A DNA stretch of 63,643 nt, counting the filler, from Reclinomonas americana ATCC 50394 (taxonomy: Eukaryota): NCBI GenBank assembly GCA_048213135.1. It is 10 parts of 10 records of this genome, joined end to end, with 100 filler letters (N's around TTAATTAATTAA, not from the genome) between each part and the next. Parts side by side here need not be neighbours in the genome. Positions count along the whole stretch, not along the records: positions 1 to 7,742 come from AFZH01020191.1; positions 7,843 to 11,409 come from AFZH01020192.1; positions 11,510 to 15,561 come from AFZH01020193.1; 7 more parts are not named here. The stretch is one strand, 5' to 3'. Within the stretch, counting starts at the first letter, position 1, and every line of letters begins with the position of its first letter. Position numbers and translations under genes: made by a program. The notes under the pieces were generated by a model that searched no databases, was not told the origin of the DNA, and saw only the letters and a program-made list of their open reading frames with translations. This document shows positions 1 through 12,327 of the stretch, one piece after another.

Positions 1-177
1 CTCCTCCTCCTCCCTCTCCTCTCCTCCTCCTCCTCCTCTCCTCTCCTCCTCCTCCTCCCTCCTCCCTCCTCCTCCTCCTCCTCCTTCCCTCTCCCTCTCC
101 CTCTCCCTCTCCCTCTCCCTCTCCCTCTCCCATTTCCCACTCCTTCTCACTTGCCCCTCCCTCTCCTTCTCTCCCAG

Positions 178-607
178 TGACCCCTACCTCGTCATGTCCT
201 GCAAGAGCACCAACCAAACGCGCCGCACCAAGACCATTCGCAGCACCCTCAACCCGCAGGTTCCATTCTCGCCCCCCTTTCACCAATCCCCCTCGCCCAC
301 TCTCACCTTCCTTTCCCCTTCTCCAGTGGAACGAGTTGCTGCAGTTCTCCGTGTCGAGCAAGGCCGACACTCTCGACCTCGAGGTGTGGGACGAGGACTC
401 ATTCAGGTTCGTCTCCTCTTGCACGCACGCACATATTCGCGCTCTCACACACAATCCCTCCGCAGCAAGGACGACTTCCTCGGCCGCGGCTCGGTCTCCC
501 TGGAGGCGCTGGTGAATGATGTGCCGACCGAGTTGCACATTGCACTGGAGGGCGTCTCGCACGGCATAGTGCACCTCATGGTCACCTACGTGGAGCTCGC
601 GACATGA
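178..607 (+). CDS. C2-domain protein, last 3 exons (synaptotagmin/extended-synaptotagmin-like), 5' partial
   Basis: Spliced reading DPYLVMSCKSTNQTRRTKTIRSTLNPQ|WNELLQFSVSSKADTLDLEVWDEDSF|SKDDFLGRGSVSLEALV...ELAT*; carries the C2 motifs DPY, T.NP.WNE, L.VWD.D and DDFLG; GT..AG introns. Confidence 0.9.
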
Positions 608-712
608 GCACTCTTCCCTCGCCTCACCCACCGTTTTTGGGCACTCATATTTTGCACCATACGCAATTTACTGAGTTTTTGTTATCTCTCTCTCTCTCTC
701 TCTCCGCGTGCA

Positions 713-3700
713 TCATCTCCTCGCCTGCATGTTTCGCATGGTTCGCGACAAGGACTCCACCGCCTCGGCCGCTGTCGTCACGGCCGGCACGCCTCCGTCA
801 AACTTGAAGGTGGGCGGCAGTGTGCGACCGCGTGCAGCGTCGTCCAGCGAGCGGCGCATCTGTACAAGCGCATCGCGCTTGGTCTGCCCGAAATCGTGCA
901 AGTGGCCAGCCGCGTACACCAGCTTGTTGTTAAAGTACATGAGGAACACGGGAGCGGCGGCCTCGCGACAATTGTACCGCTCGCGCAGCAGCGTTGACGA
1001 CATCAGGTCGAACTTGGCCACCTCGTACTTGCTGGGGTCGAAATCGGCCAGCGCCTCGTCGACCTCGGCCGGTGCACCAATGACACGCGGCTGACGGATT
1101 GGCGTCCCACCGCTGCCCGTCATGGAGATTTTGGAGGGCGAGGTGCCGCCACCAGAGGCCTTTTCAGACTCTAGCTGCGCCAGGAAGCCGTTGATCTCCT
1201 CCAGAATTTGCTCCACCTTGCGCGCAGTTGGGATCCTGTGCGTGTGTGGAATTAAGGATCAGCGTCACATCAATCTCCTTGTTGCTGGCTCGAGGCGGTG
1301 ACTCACCACGACACGGTGCACGCCACAACAAGCAGCTTGCCCGACGAGTGCTCGCTGACATAGGCGTCGTACTCACTCGGCGAGATCGTATACAATTTGC
1401 GCTTGATGCTGCGTGCGACGGGCGAGCTGCTGGTGATTCCACGATACTTGCCACTGGCGTGCGACAGTACACTTGTGACGCCGAGTGGTTTGCTGGATTC
1501 GGCCACGCTGCGCATCGCCGAGTTCTCGTAAGTTCCGCGCCTCCACACGAGCAGAAATGACACACGACACACATGCACGAACCGAGACATCACGGTGCTG
1601 GCGAGTGCCGGGTCCAACATTGACGACACGAACGACTTGGGGTTGGTGGAGTTGAGTGAACCGGCCGGTGCAGAGGCGGACAGATTGGTAGTGGTGGTCG
1701 TGGTGGTGGTGGTCGCCGTCTTCGACACCGACGTCGTGGTGTGCATGGTGTCGACCGAGGCCTTCAGTTCGCGACTGCGCTCGTTGAATTGATCAAAGAC
1801 GGCCGAGTTGTTGAACGGCACGTCCTTGTGCTTCTGGTGTGCCTTCTTGTCGGGGGGACTCGGCCGCTCCGAGATGCGTTCGCGCACTCGCATCAGTGTC
1901 TTGTTCTTGGTGGGGTCCGATGGCGAGAGGTAGCGCGGTGCGACGTCGAGCACCAACTTGCCGCCCAGCGAGTGATCGCGACCCACCACCTGCGCACGAG
2001 TGGTGAGCAGCGTGAGAGTGAGAAAGGGATAAGCACGGGTACGCACCTTCTCCAAGTACGAGGCGCCCTCGTTGGAGACGCGTCCAATGTTGAGGCGCAC
2101 TTGCACATTCTGGCAGCCAAACGACAGCACAATGTTGGTGCGCGAGCGCACCTCGAGAGTGATGGACGAGCCGAGCTGGAAAATGGCCGGAATGGCGGCA
2201 CCCGCAGCGTGTGCGGTGCCCGGCTTGGCGTCGGCAGGCGTGGTGGCCGACGCGCGCAAGCTCTGCCCGCGGGGTGCTGTCGACGACATGGCCTTGTTTT
2301 GGAAGGCCGCGGAGACCGAGTAATCGAGGATCTGCTCTACCATGTGACCGTCGTCGTCCCACAGCCACTCGCGTTGGAGGAGGCCGTCCTCGGCAAAGAC
2401 CTAAGGGGGGGAATAATGGGCAAAGGGACGGGAATGAGGGAAAGAGGATCGAGTAGGACAAGTGCGATCCAGAAGAGCTCAAGAAGGGAGAACAGGGGGA
2501 GGAGAGGAGAAGGACTGGGAGAGAGTGACTCATGGTGCTCGGTTTCGCTCTCTGCGCTGGCAAAGGCGATGGCAGTGATATGGAGATGGAGAAGAGCGAG
2601 AAAGAAGAGAAGGGAAGGGGAAGGAGAAGAAAAAGAAGAGAGAGAGAGAGAGAGAGAGCGATTGTCCTTGCTCGGCTTCTCTCTCTGCGTTGGCGGTGAT
2701 TTGGAGACAAAGAATAAACAAAAAAAGGAAGAAGGGGAAGGGAAGGAGAGGAGAATGACTAAAAGAGAAAAGAGAGCGACTCTTGCTGCTCGGTTTCGCT
2801 CTCTGTGCTGGCAAGGCGATGGCTGTGTTGAGGAGATGGGGAAGAAACAAAATAAAGAAGGGGAAGATAGTGAGAGAGAGAGAGAGCCATTGTCATTGCT
2901 TGGCTGCTCTCATTGCTCGGCTTCTCTCTGCGCTGGCAAGGCGATGGCGGTGATGAAAAGATGGAGAAGAAACAAAATAAAAGAAGGGGAAGATAGAATG
3001 AAAGAGAGAGAGAGAGAGAGAGAGCCATTGCTTGGCTACTCTCTCTGCGTTGGCGGTGATTTGGAGACCAAGAATATACAAATAAGGAAGAAGGGGAAGG
3101 AAGGAGATGAGATTAAGAAGAGAGAGCGATTGTCATTGCTCGGTAAACAAAAAAAGAAGGGGAAGGGAAGGAGAGAAGAAAGAGTATCATTACTCGGTGT
3201 CGCTCTCCGTGAGCTGCAAGTCGTGACAAAAGCTGTGACATCGATGAAGTAGAGGCAAGAAAAAGAGAGAAAAAGGCAGGAGAGAAGAACGAGAGCAGTT
3301 GTCGTTCGAAGATGAAAGACAAGGGCTGCAGGAAAGGAGAGAAAAAGACATCCCATGCTTCCCTTTCCCCAATATATCTCCTCACCTGTCCACCAGTCTT
3401 CGTGAGACTGCACCACACGCCTGGCGGTGCTCCGTGCTCCAAATTCGCAAACATGGCATTGGGTGAGCGTGCTCGCCGTGCACCACCAGCCTTCTCGCCC
3501 TCCCCACTAGCATCGGTCGACGGATTCGTGGACTCGAGGCCGCGTCGTCCACTTCGCCGCCCGTGCGCCGCGCCGCCCGTCCCCGCCAGCAGCGGATGAT
3601 ACACCGTGCCAATCGACTTGGAGTCGATCGAGAACAGCATCGGGCCGCTCTCCTGCAACACGCTGCGAGTCAGCTTCTTGTTTGCATGCTGGTGTCTGTG

Positions 3701-5232
3701 ACTGACGGACTGACCAGCAGCTCGCCGGCCTTTTGCAGAAACACGTGCGCGCCACCGAGCGGATGCATGGTAAACATGCGCTTCTCAAGATCGAGCTCGG
3801 CGGTCGACTGCGTGCGCTTGTCGGCGAAGCCTTGCGTGACAAAGCCGTCCGAGACGTCTGACATGGACACGGCGATTTGCCCACTTGGGTAGCTGGGGGG
3901 AGAGAGGGAGGAATAAGGGAGGGAAGGGAAAGGGTGAGCGATGGGGGAAGAGCGACGGGAAAGGCAGTGTACGAGCAAGAACGAGAGAGCGCAAGAGTGA
4001 AAGGATGAGTTCCGAGAGAGGGAAGGAGACGGTCCGTGAGTGCGAGAGTGAGAGAATGAGGAAGACAGGGAGAGAAAGGAAGGGGAAGCGACACAGTGAT
4101 CGAGCAGGAACGAGAGAGTGAATGAGAGGGAAGGAGAGCGTGCAAGAAAGAGAGAAAGTGAAGGGAGATAGAATGAGGAGTGACGGGGAGAGAAGGGAAG
4201 AGGAAGGTGAGACAAAGTAAAAGAGCAAGCACGAGAGAGTGAAAGGACATGTGCAAGAGAGGAAAGGAGAGCGACAGGGTAATAGACAGTCCATGAGTGC
4301 GAGAATTGTGAGAATGAGGAGTGACGAGGAGAGAAGGGAAGACGGAAGAGTGACACAGTCAACGAGAAAACGAGAGAGTGTAAGAGCAGACGGTCCACGA
4401 GTGTGAGAAAAAGAGAAGGGAGAAAGAATGAGGAGTGATGGGAGAGAGGGGAAGAGGGAGGAGTGACAAAGTAAAGAGCAAGAACGAGAAAAAGGACACG
4501 TGCAAGAGAGGGAAGGAGAGTGACAGGGAAAGAGACAGTCCATGAGTGCGATCGCGAGAGTGCGAGAATGAGGAGCGACGGGGAGAGAAGGAAGAGAGAG
4601 GAGTGACAAAGTAAAAGATCAAGCACGAGAGTGGAAAGAGTGGAGTGACAGGGAAAGAGACAGCCAATGAGTGCGAGAGTGTGAGAGTGAGGAGTGACGG
4701 GGAGAGAAGGGAAGAGGGAGGAGTGACACAGTGAACGAGCAAGAACGAGAGTGTGAGAGGATGAGAGCAAGAGAGGGACGGAGAGCAAGAGTGAGAAGGG
4801 AGACAGATGAAAAGTTCTTCCGCATTTGATCCATTCACGCATTGTGCCTTCTCTCTCTCGCACACTCCTCCTTGTCCTCCCTCCCCTCTCTCCCTCCCCC
4901 TTACACACACACACACGCAACTAAATGAAGCCGACACCCTTGAAATCCGTGCGCACTCCCTGCTGCCCCGTCGAGTACTTGACATCCATACTCTCCACCG
5001 TCAACACACCACCACCTCCTTGACCACCTGCACCACTCTTCTCCGCAGCCGACGACCGCGACACCAGTCGCTGCCCCGCATCGCCCTCTGTCACTGCACG
5101 TCGCTGCATCTTCCGCTGCGTGCCTTTGCCTGCGCCGGGAGGAGGACTGCTCGTGCCAATGGACTTTATGGAGGCGTCAAGCTCGTTGATCTTGGCGAGA
5201 ACGGCGGCGAGACCGCCACCTTCGTCTCCCAT
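713..5232 (-). CDS. FAM194/C3orf20/ERICH6-like protein with possible C-terminal thioredoxin-like fold (multi-exon)
   Basis: ATG at 5232 (MGDEGGG). Exons carry YPSGQIAVSMSD, EWLWDDDG and FQLGSSITLEVRSRTNIVLSFGCQNVQVRLNIG, resembling the FAM194 domain. C-terminal KLLVVAC...KFDLMSS..L.ERYN....PVFLMYFNNKLVY looks thioredoxin-like. Confidence 0.65.
2530..3240. repeat. Intronic degenerate tandem repeat, ~110-135 bp unit, about 6 copies
   Basis: Core ctcgg(t/c)ttc(g/t)ctctctgcg(c/t)tggc, or a degenerate version, recurs at ~2538, 2671, 2789, 2916, 3031 and 3139/3194. Confidence 0.8.
3940..4800. repeat. Intronic degenerate tandem repeat with alternating ~117/~140 bp units
   Basis: Core gaatgaggagtgacggggagagaaggg recurs at ~4054, 4171, 4312, 4427, 4566 and 4685. 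Confidence 0.8.
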
Positions 5233-5354
5233 GATGTGATACGATATAACCGCTCGGTATGAGTCATCGCGTCGTGATCAAGAATTGTCCGTAGTCGTGC
5301 GGAAAGGTGAGGAATGGTGTGCGCTGCGTATGAATAGTCTCTCTTGTGTGGGCT

Positions 5355-5745
5355 GCTGTGTGAAGTCGTAGGAAGCATCCGTTGTTGCGGATCGGCAGCG
5401 TTGGGTGTGTTCGAATTCGATAAATATTGAAAAATGCAGTTCCGGATCCTTTGCCGACAGCTTATCTTGATGCACAAGTCCAAAACAAATACAGCTGTGA
5501 ATTATCTCTAGTGTGAGCAGCTGCGAAGTCCGCAATGCATCCGTTGTCGCTGATCGGCAGCGTGTGTTCGAACATTTGCGGTATCGAAAAAATGCAGTTC
5601 ATTGCCGACAGCTATCGTTGACCAAGTCCAACCAACAAGCAAAGTTGCAAATAGCCGTTTACGTGAGATACTATGAAGTTCGTGAAGCATCCGTTGTCGC
5701 GCTGCGATCTGCAGCGCGTGTTCGGAATATTTCTCGATTTTCGCG
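5355..5745. repeat. Three degenerate ~150-160 bp non-coding direct repeats upstream of the FAM194-like gene
   Basis: gcatccgttgt(t/c)gc...gatc(g/t)gcagcg...gtgttcg at ~5375, 5537 and 5687; copies 1 and 2 also share aaaaatgcagttc...ttgccgacagct...caagtccaa. Confidence 0.75.
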
Positions 5746-6784
5746 ATAGCATGCCACCGATCGAGCGAAAAGCTCATGCAACCTCGCGGGTTGCAAAATG
5801 CTAAAGTTTGCAACGGTTGTATGTGTGCTGCCTGCCCGTGCACTTCGAATTCGACTTCAGCAACTCTGGTTTTTCGAATGCAGGTCGATGAATTGCTTCT
5901 GTTTTCACTGCTTGCAACTCGAGCTGGAAGGAAGCGTCTACCGGTCGCTTCTGCATGTGCCATCGGTCCCCAGCACGGCAAGCTTGACATGCATGCGCAT
6001 GTGGAAGCAGGTGTGGTTCCTTCAAATTCGAACCCAACGACCGCCTTGCAACATTGCTCCGAAGCAAAGATCTAACGAACGGAAAGATATACACGCGCGC
6101 AGCAAGCCTCTCGTCTCAGAACGCATTCCGACTTTTGAATACAAGCAATGCAAGGCGTCCAAAAAACTAACGAAATTTTGCTAAAACCTTCGCAACTCGT
6201 CGCAATCGAGGTGAGGTGGCCACGCCTCTCTGGGCAGCAGACACACACACACACACACACACTCTCTCCTCCCCACACGCACGTCACACACACTATCGCA
6301 AGTGAGAGAGAGAGAGCGCGTTCTCTTGCGCGTGCGTGCTGTGTGCCATGACATCACGCGAGTCTCATCTTTCCCTCATATTCACCACACACGCACACAC
6401 ACACACACTCCTTTCGCTCCTCACGCGTGCCACTCGCTCAACACGCACATGATGAAACCAACAAAGTCAGTGGTGCGTGTCAAGAGAAGATGATGAACTT
6501 CGGACGGTTTTGACCAAATACGTCCACACAAGCGCGTGTGTCACGACTCCACCTCACTCTTTTTCTCTCACACTCAATCTCCACACTCTCTTTTCATGCA
6601 CGCACACTCTCACTCCTTCACAACCACTGTCGCACATGAGCACACACTGAGAGCTGTTGTGGTGCATTTTTCCGATGAGCCTCCTCCTTTTCTCACTCGC
6701 CTCTTTTTATCGTTGTGTTGCGCGTGTTGTGTGTGCCAAGAGAGCGTACTCACTCACTTTTTTAAGCAGTGACTTTGTGTAAAG

Positions 6785-7332
6785 ATGAGTGGTGTGCCTC
6801 CTGTGCGCGTTGACGAGGTGCGGTCGTCGGTGTCACCGCGTCGCAAGAAGACCGTGCGCAAGAAGCTTTTGCGTCGCAAGAAGGTGCTGCGCAGAAGAGT
6901 CGGCGACGCAGAGGGCGAGGGAGAGACAGTGGAGGATTCGGTGGTCTCGGTGCAGGAGCCCGATGACGAGGCAGGCGCGCAGTTTAGCGACGGCGACGAT
7001 GATGATGATGATGTGGAGGGCGTGGTCGTTGAGGAGACCACGTCACCACTCGACTCGGTTTGTCTCTCTCGCATCGATGCCTGTGGTGGTTGTTGCCTTT
7101 TTGTGGCTTATTGTTGTTACAGTTGCAGGCGTATGAGACGGAGCTGGCGCGGTTTGAGGGCGCGCAGGCCATGGTGCCGGTGAGAACGCGATCGCCGGTG
7201 CGGTCGATTCGTCGGCAGCAGTCGTATGAGCGAGTGGAGGAGACTGTGACGTCGCCGACGGGTACGGTGACGCGCAAGGTGTCCGAGTCGCGCAAGGTCA
7301 CGGTCGATGGGCATGAGGTGCCGGCACTTGGG
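6785..7332 (+). CDS. Hypothetical protein, first two exons (basic then acidic low-complexity N-terminus); runs into a gap
   Basis: MSGVPPVRVDEVRSSVSPRRKKTVRKKLLRRKK...DDDDDD then a spliced exon LQAYETELARFEGAQAMVP...; coding-like codon use followed by a CT-rich intron. Confidence 0.6.
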
Positions 7333-7742
7333 GTGCGTTACACATACACACACTCTGTTTCACTCTCCTTCTCCTTCGTCTTCTTCTGCCTTGGGTTTGT
7401 CATGCTCCTGCTCCTACTCGTTCTGTGCTCGTTTGATCCACTTCCGTTCCCCTTGTGTCCATCTTCTCGATTCACTTACTTTCTCCTTTCGTGTCTCTTG
7501 GTCTTCTTCTCCTTCTATGTGTCCTTCTCGTCTCACACTCTTCTCCTTCTCCCTTGCGTTCCCCCATTCTTCGCCTTCAAAGTGTCCTTCTCCTTCTCCC
7601 TTCTCTCACACCCTTCTCCTTCTCCCTTCCCTTCTCCCTTCCCTTCTCTCACACCCTTCCCCCTCTCCCTTCCCTTCTCCTTCTCCCCTTCTCCTTCCCC
7701 CTCTCCTTTCCCCCTCTCCCTTCCCCCCTTCTCCCTCTCCTT

Positions 7743-7842
7743 NNNNNNNNNNNNNNNNNNNNNNNNNNNNNNNNNNNNNNNNNNNNTTAATTAATTAANN
7801 NNNNNNNNNNNNNNNNNNNNNNNNNNNNNNNNNNNNNNNNNN
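7743..7842. other. Assembly gap spacer (44N-TTAATTAATTAA-44N); identical spacers at 11410-11509, 15562-15661, 43298-43397, 48154-48253, 52158-52257, 56317-56416, 58520-58619 and 61933-62032
   Basis: Identical 100-nt linker with stops in all six frames. Confidence 0.98.
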
Positions 7843-8191
7843 AGAGGGGGGGAAGGGGAGAAGGGGGGGAAAGGGGAGAGGAGAAGAAAGTGCTGCAGGC
7901 TTGAGTTGCAGTTTGTTGAAGTTCCGAGTACGAACACACAAATTCAGAGATGGAGAAGAGAGAGGAGCACGAGGAGAAGGAGGAGAACGAAGCACTGCTT
8001 CTCGAGACAGCTGCAGACTTGAGTTGTTGCTGTGTCCATGACTTGTTGAAGTTCCGAGTGTGAACACACACATGCAACGAGAGAGAGGAGGAGAAGAGGA
8101 AGAATTCTAGAAGGCAGCGCTTCTCAACTGCACGACACTGCGTTGGCTGCTGGGAAACAGAGTGATGCAGACCGCGCTGCGAGCAGAATGC

Positions 8192-8232
<41 letters not shown>
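8192..8232. repeat. (CTG)n microsatellite
   Basis: About 13 perfect CTG units. Confidence 0.9.
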
Positions 8233-8234
<2 letters not shown>

Positions 8235-8485
8235 TCAAGATCGGCAAACTGTACGTCAATATCAATTGATTGATATCCTGCTGCACCCAGCATTGTTTCT
8301 CTCACAGACTTCGGATAATTTCTCTTCATCTTTCTGATACGCGCTTGTATTTCAGCGATCGCTCACAGTACTGATCATCATGCACCGCCGATAAGAAACG
8401 CTGCTGAGAAAAGATATCGACAAAACCGGTTGTCCGGGCGCGCGCGGGAGTGAGAGCCGCTCACCACTCTTGATCATCAAAAAGT

Positions 8486-10712
8486 ATGGGGTGTGGCGCC
8501 AGCATTCCCGTGCAACTGAGCGCTGCGACAGCACTGGCCGAGCGCGGTCGACTGATGGCCTCAGCACATGTTGCGCCTCTCTCTCTCTCGCGCGCTCTCT
8601 CTGTGTCAACTCACTCTCTTTTGTGTCACACACAGATCAGCGCGTACTGCCCAGTGGTTGCGTTGCTCCTCTCTGCACTCCCACTTGTGTGTGTGTGTGT
8701 GTGCGTCTGTGTCCTCACTTGCCTGCGTCACAGGTGCTGCTCGGTGCTGGAGAGGTCAACAATCACTCTCTCAGTCACTCTCTTTCTCTCACTCTGCGCT
8801 CACTCTGCGCTCACTCTGACAGGTCGGCAAGACCGCCTTCTATGAGGATGTCTTCCGCATGGCTGGTCAATTACCACAGAACCACCACCGACGACGATAT
8901 GAGCTCGATGTTGCGCGCACACACACAGTCACTCGCGCTCTTTATGATCTCTCACTCGCCTCCCACAGCGCTGTTTCCTGACTGTGCGAGGCCATCGCGT
9001 GCTAGTGTACATGGTCTCTCACACACTCACTCACTCACTCAATCAGTCTCTCTCGTGCAAGGGCCTCACCTCTCGTCTTGCGTCGTCTTGCAGTACGACA
9101 CTGGGGATTTCTTGTCGGATATTCGTCGCAATGTGAAGCTGTTTGGATGGGTGCCTGGCACGGTGTTTGCCCTCATGTTTGATGTGTCGCGACGGGAGAC
9201 CTATGATGATATGGTTGGCATGGTGAGTGCGCTGCAAGGGGAGGCTTCCCAGGCATCTCGTCCTTCGCAACTGTGTCTCGCATCAAACCTGCCTCGTATG
9301 CTGCCTTTTTCTGCCCTTTCCTGCATGATGTGTTGTCATCATGTGTCTCCGTTCTTCCGCTCTCGCATACGTGCAAGTCTATCATCTGCTGTCTCCTCAC
9401 TTCTATCATTGGCTCCCACTCTCGCACCCCCTGCGATGTTGCTTCCTTTCGTTTGCAAACGAGTCATGCCCACATACTCATTTCGTCCATTGTGAATGGT
9501 GACGCTGCTCTTTTCTCGCTGCTCCATCCTCTCGTGACATGCTCTGCTGATGTTGCCGCGAGTACATGCCTTCTTCTCCGTCTGCTTCTCTTCCTTCCTC
9601 TTTCTTCTCCTCCTCCTCCTAACCCACTCTCCCACAGATGCACGACTGCGTACACGCGGCCATGGGCGGCGTCACTGACGCATACAACATTCTGGTCGTC
9701 GGCAACAAGGCCGACCTGGTGCGCCAGCGCGAAGTCAGCTACCAGGAGGCCGCCATCTGGGCTGCCGAGGTGAGGGGGTGATTTCGCAGCAGCGCCCTCG
9801 CGCGGTGATAAGTAACTGACCCTCCATCATCATGCACAGCGCGGTCTGCGGTACATTGAGTGTTCGTCGCTGTTCCGCTTCAACACCAAGCTGGTGATCG
9901 AGTGCCTTCTCAGCATGGCGTCGGAGATGTTGCGTCAGCCCGTTTCTCCCCTTTCACGTCGTCTTCTCATCCTCCCTCTCTCCTCTCCACAGGCGCGGCG
10001 AGGCACATCTTTTCGACTACAAGTTTGCGATTGACCGCGCGCCCACCGAGTTCGTGGACATGACGTCGCCGGATTTCGACGGCACCGTGGCCGAGCGCAA
10101 CTTTATCCGGCGCTACATTTGCGCCTTTGACACACAGGTTCGCTCGCTGCTCACACCTATTGTATCCCTCGCGCGTACTCATCGATGGCGGTTGCCTGTT
10201 AGGCGGCCGTGAGCACCAACGACGGCTACTCCTTCTCCATGTGCCACCTGGCTCTCGACGAGACCAACGCCTTGATGCTGGTGTACGGCTACAAGAGCGC
10301 GTACTTGGATCGCGAGCTGCCGGCCGCCAAGATCGCACTGCGCCACGCCGAGCTCACGCTGCCGCCACCGTCCAAGCCCACGTTTGGGCGACCGAGGGAG
10401 GTCACGGTGATCACGGAGACCATGGAGAGCTTGACGGCCGAATTCGTGCTGCGTGAGGATCGCACGCTGCGCACGCTCCTCGCCCCGCGCACGCAGGTAT
10501 GAGAGGGAGAGGGAGAGGGGGGCGAAGAAGTGTTTTTGTTTCTTATGCATGATGCTTCTGTCATGCAGGGTCGCATCATTTTCCGAGTACGCGATCCGAA
10601 AGTACGCGCCGAGCTGTTCCGCCGAGTGGCGCTCATCACGCCGCACGCCACGTTCGAAGCGGTGCCGGAGCCCACGGGCGACGCCAGCGAAGATCAATGG
10701 CTGTTCGTCTGA
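8486..10712 (+). CDS. Atypical Ras-superfamily small GTPase with N-terminal acylation motif and C-terminal PH-like extension (~13 exons)
   Basis: MGCGAS start; G1 VLLGAGE|VGKT, G3 YDTGDF, FDVSRRETY, G4 VVGNKADL, G5 YIECSS; then ~190 aa beta-rich extension ending IIFRVRDPKVRAELFRRV...QWLFV*. Confidence 0.85.
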
Positions 10713-10855
10713 CCACTGTCGTAATGTACCACTAGTTTTTGTAATGTGGAGGGGCCGGTCGACTGCACACACAAGCACCAATGCGTGCATTATCGGAGGA
10801 GAGTTGATCTAGCAGAGACAGAAAGAGACAAGAGGGAGCAAGGAAGGGGTGCTGA

Positions 10856-11260
10856 TTAGCGCTTGCCAGTGCCGCCAGCGCGACCGGCTTGCGGCTTCTC
10901 CTTGTCTTGCGGTGGTGGCATTTTCTGTGGGGCGAATGAGAGGGAGGGAAGGGAGGGTGAGACTTGCACACTCGCAAAACGACTCATTCCCGAGTCTCCA
11001 AGAGTGGCACCAACCTTCTCCACAGCAGCAATGGTGGGCGAGATGGTGTCGAGAATGTCGACGGCCTGCTTGTTGGAGACGTCGAGCGAGTGCTTCGAAT
11101 TGTCGGCTGTGGATGGAGCGTGAGTCAGCACACAGAGAGGGAGGAGAGAAGAGGTGAGTGAAGGGAGAGGGTGGAATAAGAGAGAAGGGAAAGTGGGGGG
11201 AAGAATAAACGGAAAAGAGATGGAGACGGAGAGAGAGAACGGGAAGAGAGAAAAGAAGGC

Positions 11261-11292
<32 letters not shown>

Positions 11293-11509
11293 GGTGCGGG
11301 AGGAGGAGTAGGAGGGAAGAATCGAAGAGGAGAATGAAGACGGGAGAGAGAAGGGAGAGAAAGAAGAATGCACAGAGAGAGAGAGAGAGAGAGAGAGAGG
11401 AGGAGGAGGNNNNNNNNNNNNNNNNNNNNNNNNNNNNNNNNNNNNNNNNNNNNTTAATTAATTAANNNNNNNNNNNNNNNNNNNNNNNNNNNNNNNNNNN
11501 NNNNNNNNN

Positions 11510-11586
<77 letters not shown>

Positions 11587-11805
11587 ATCTCCCTCTCTCC
11601 TTCCCACTCTCCCTCCCACTCACCCAGCTCAAGGTACAGCTGCGCAGCGGGTCCCTTCTCGCGCAGATGCGTTTCCACAGAGAACACGCAGGCGGGATTC
11701 GAGTCCAGTTGCTTCGGCGCCGCAAGTCTCTTCAGAAGCTCACTGGAACAAGAGAGAAAAAATCAATGAATGAATGACTCGCATCTCAGAAATGCAACAA
11801 CAATG

Positions 11806-11857
<52 letters not shown>

Positions 11858-12327
11858 CACACTCAAACACATGCACACACGCATGCACACACTCATCCTC
11901 TCTTCTCACTCTCTTTCTCGCTCATCACTCTCTTCTTTCTCTCTCTCACACACAACACACACGCACACAGTCTCTCTCTCTCACTCTCACTCGCTCTCTC
12001 TCTCACACACACATGTACACACTCAAACACATGCACACACGCATGCACACACGCATGCACACACTCATCCTCTCTCCTCTCACACATACTCTCATACACA
12101 CGCACACTCACAGTGTCTCTCTTCTCTCTCTCTCTCTCACTCTCTTGCACACACAGTGTCTTTCTTCTCTCTTCTCTCTCAAACACTCTCTCTCTCTCAC
12201 ACCTCTCTCTTCTCTCCTCTCTCTCATTTCTCTCTCTCTCTTCTCCCTCCCACTCTCACCGTCCACCCTGCGTGCCCGGGGACCACGGATTGAGCTCCAG
12301 TCGCACAGCACGCACCGCTCGCAACAT
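10856..12327 (-). CDS. MRPL53: Mitochondrial large ribosomal subunit protein mL53-like (4 exons, one intron spans a gap)
   Basis: Spliced MLRAVRAVRLELNPWSPGTQGGR|ELLKRLAAPKQLDSNPACVFSVETHLREKGPAAQLYLEL|ADNSKHSLDVSNKQAVDILDTI...|KMPPP...GKR*; matches the mL53 pattern V...FNP...EFL...SNP.C; missed by the ORF track. Confidence 0.75.

Noticed and set aside
1741..4985. Long ORFs of 270-500 aa rich in L/S/F or R/E/G (similar ones at 11770-12442 and 48377-51135)
   Set aside because: Stop-poor CT/GA microsatellite introns, or antisense to real exons.
7787..7798. Recurrent palindrome TTAATTAATTAA flanked by Ns
   Set aside because: Artificial all-frame stop linker in identical 100-nt gaps; not biological.
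8143..8337. Poly-Cys ORFs here and at 13928-14365
   Set aside because: Alternative frames or antisense of CAG/CTG repeats.
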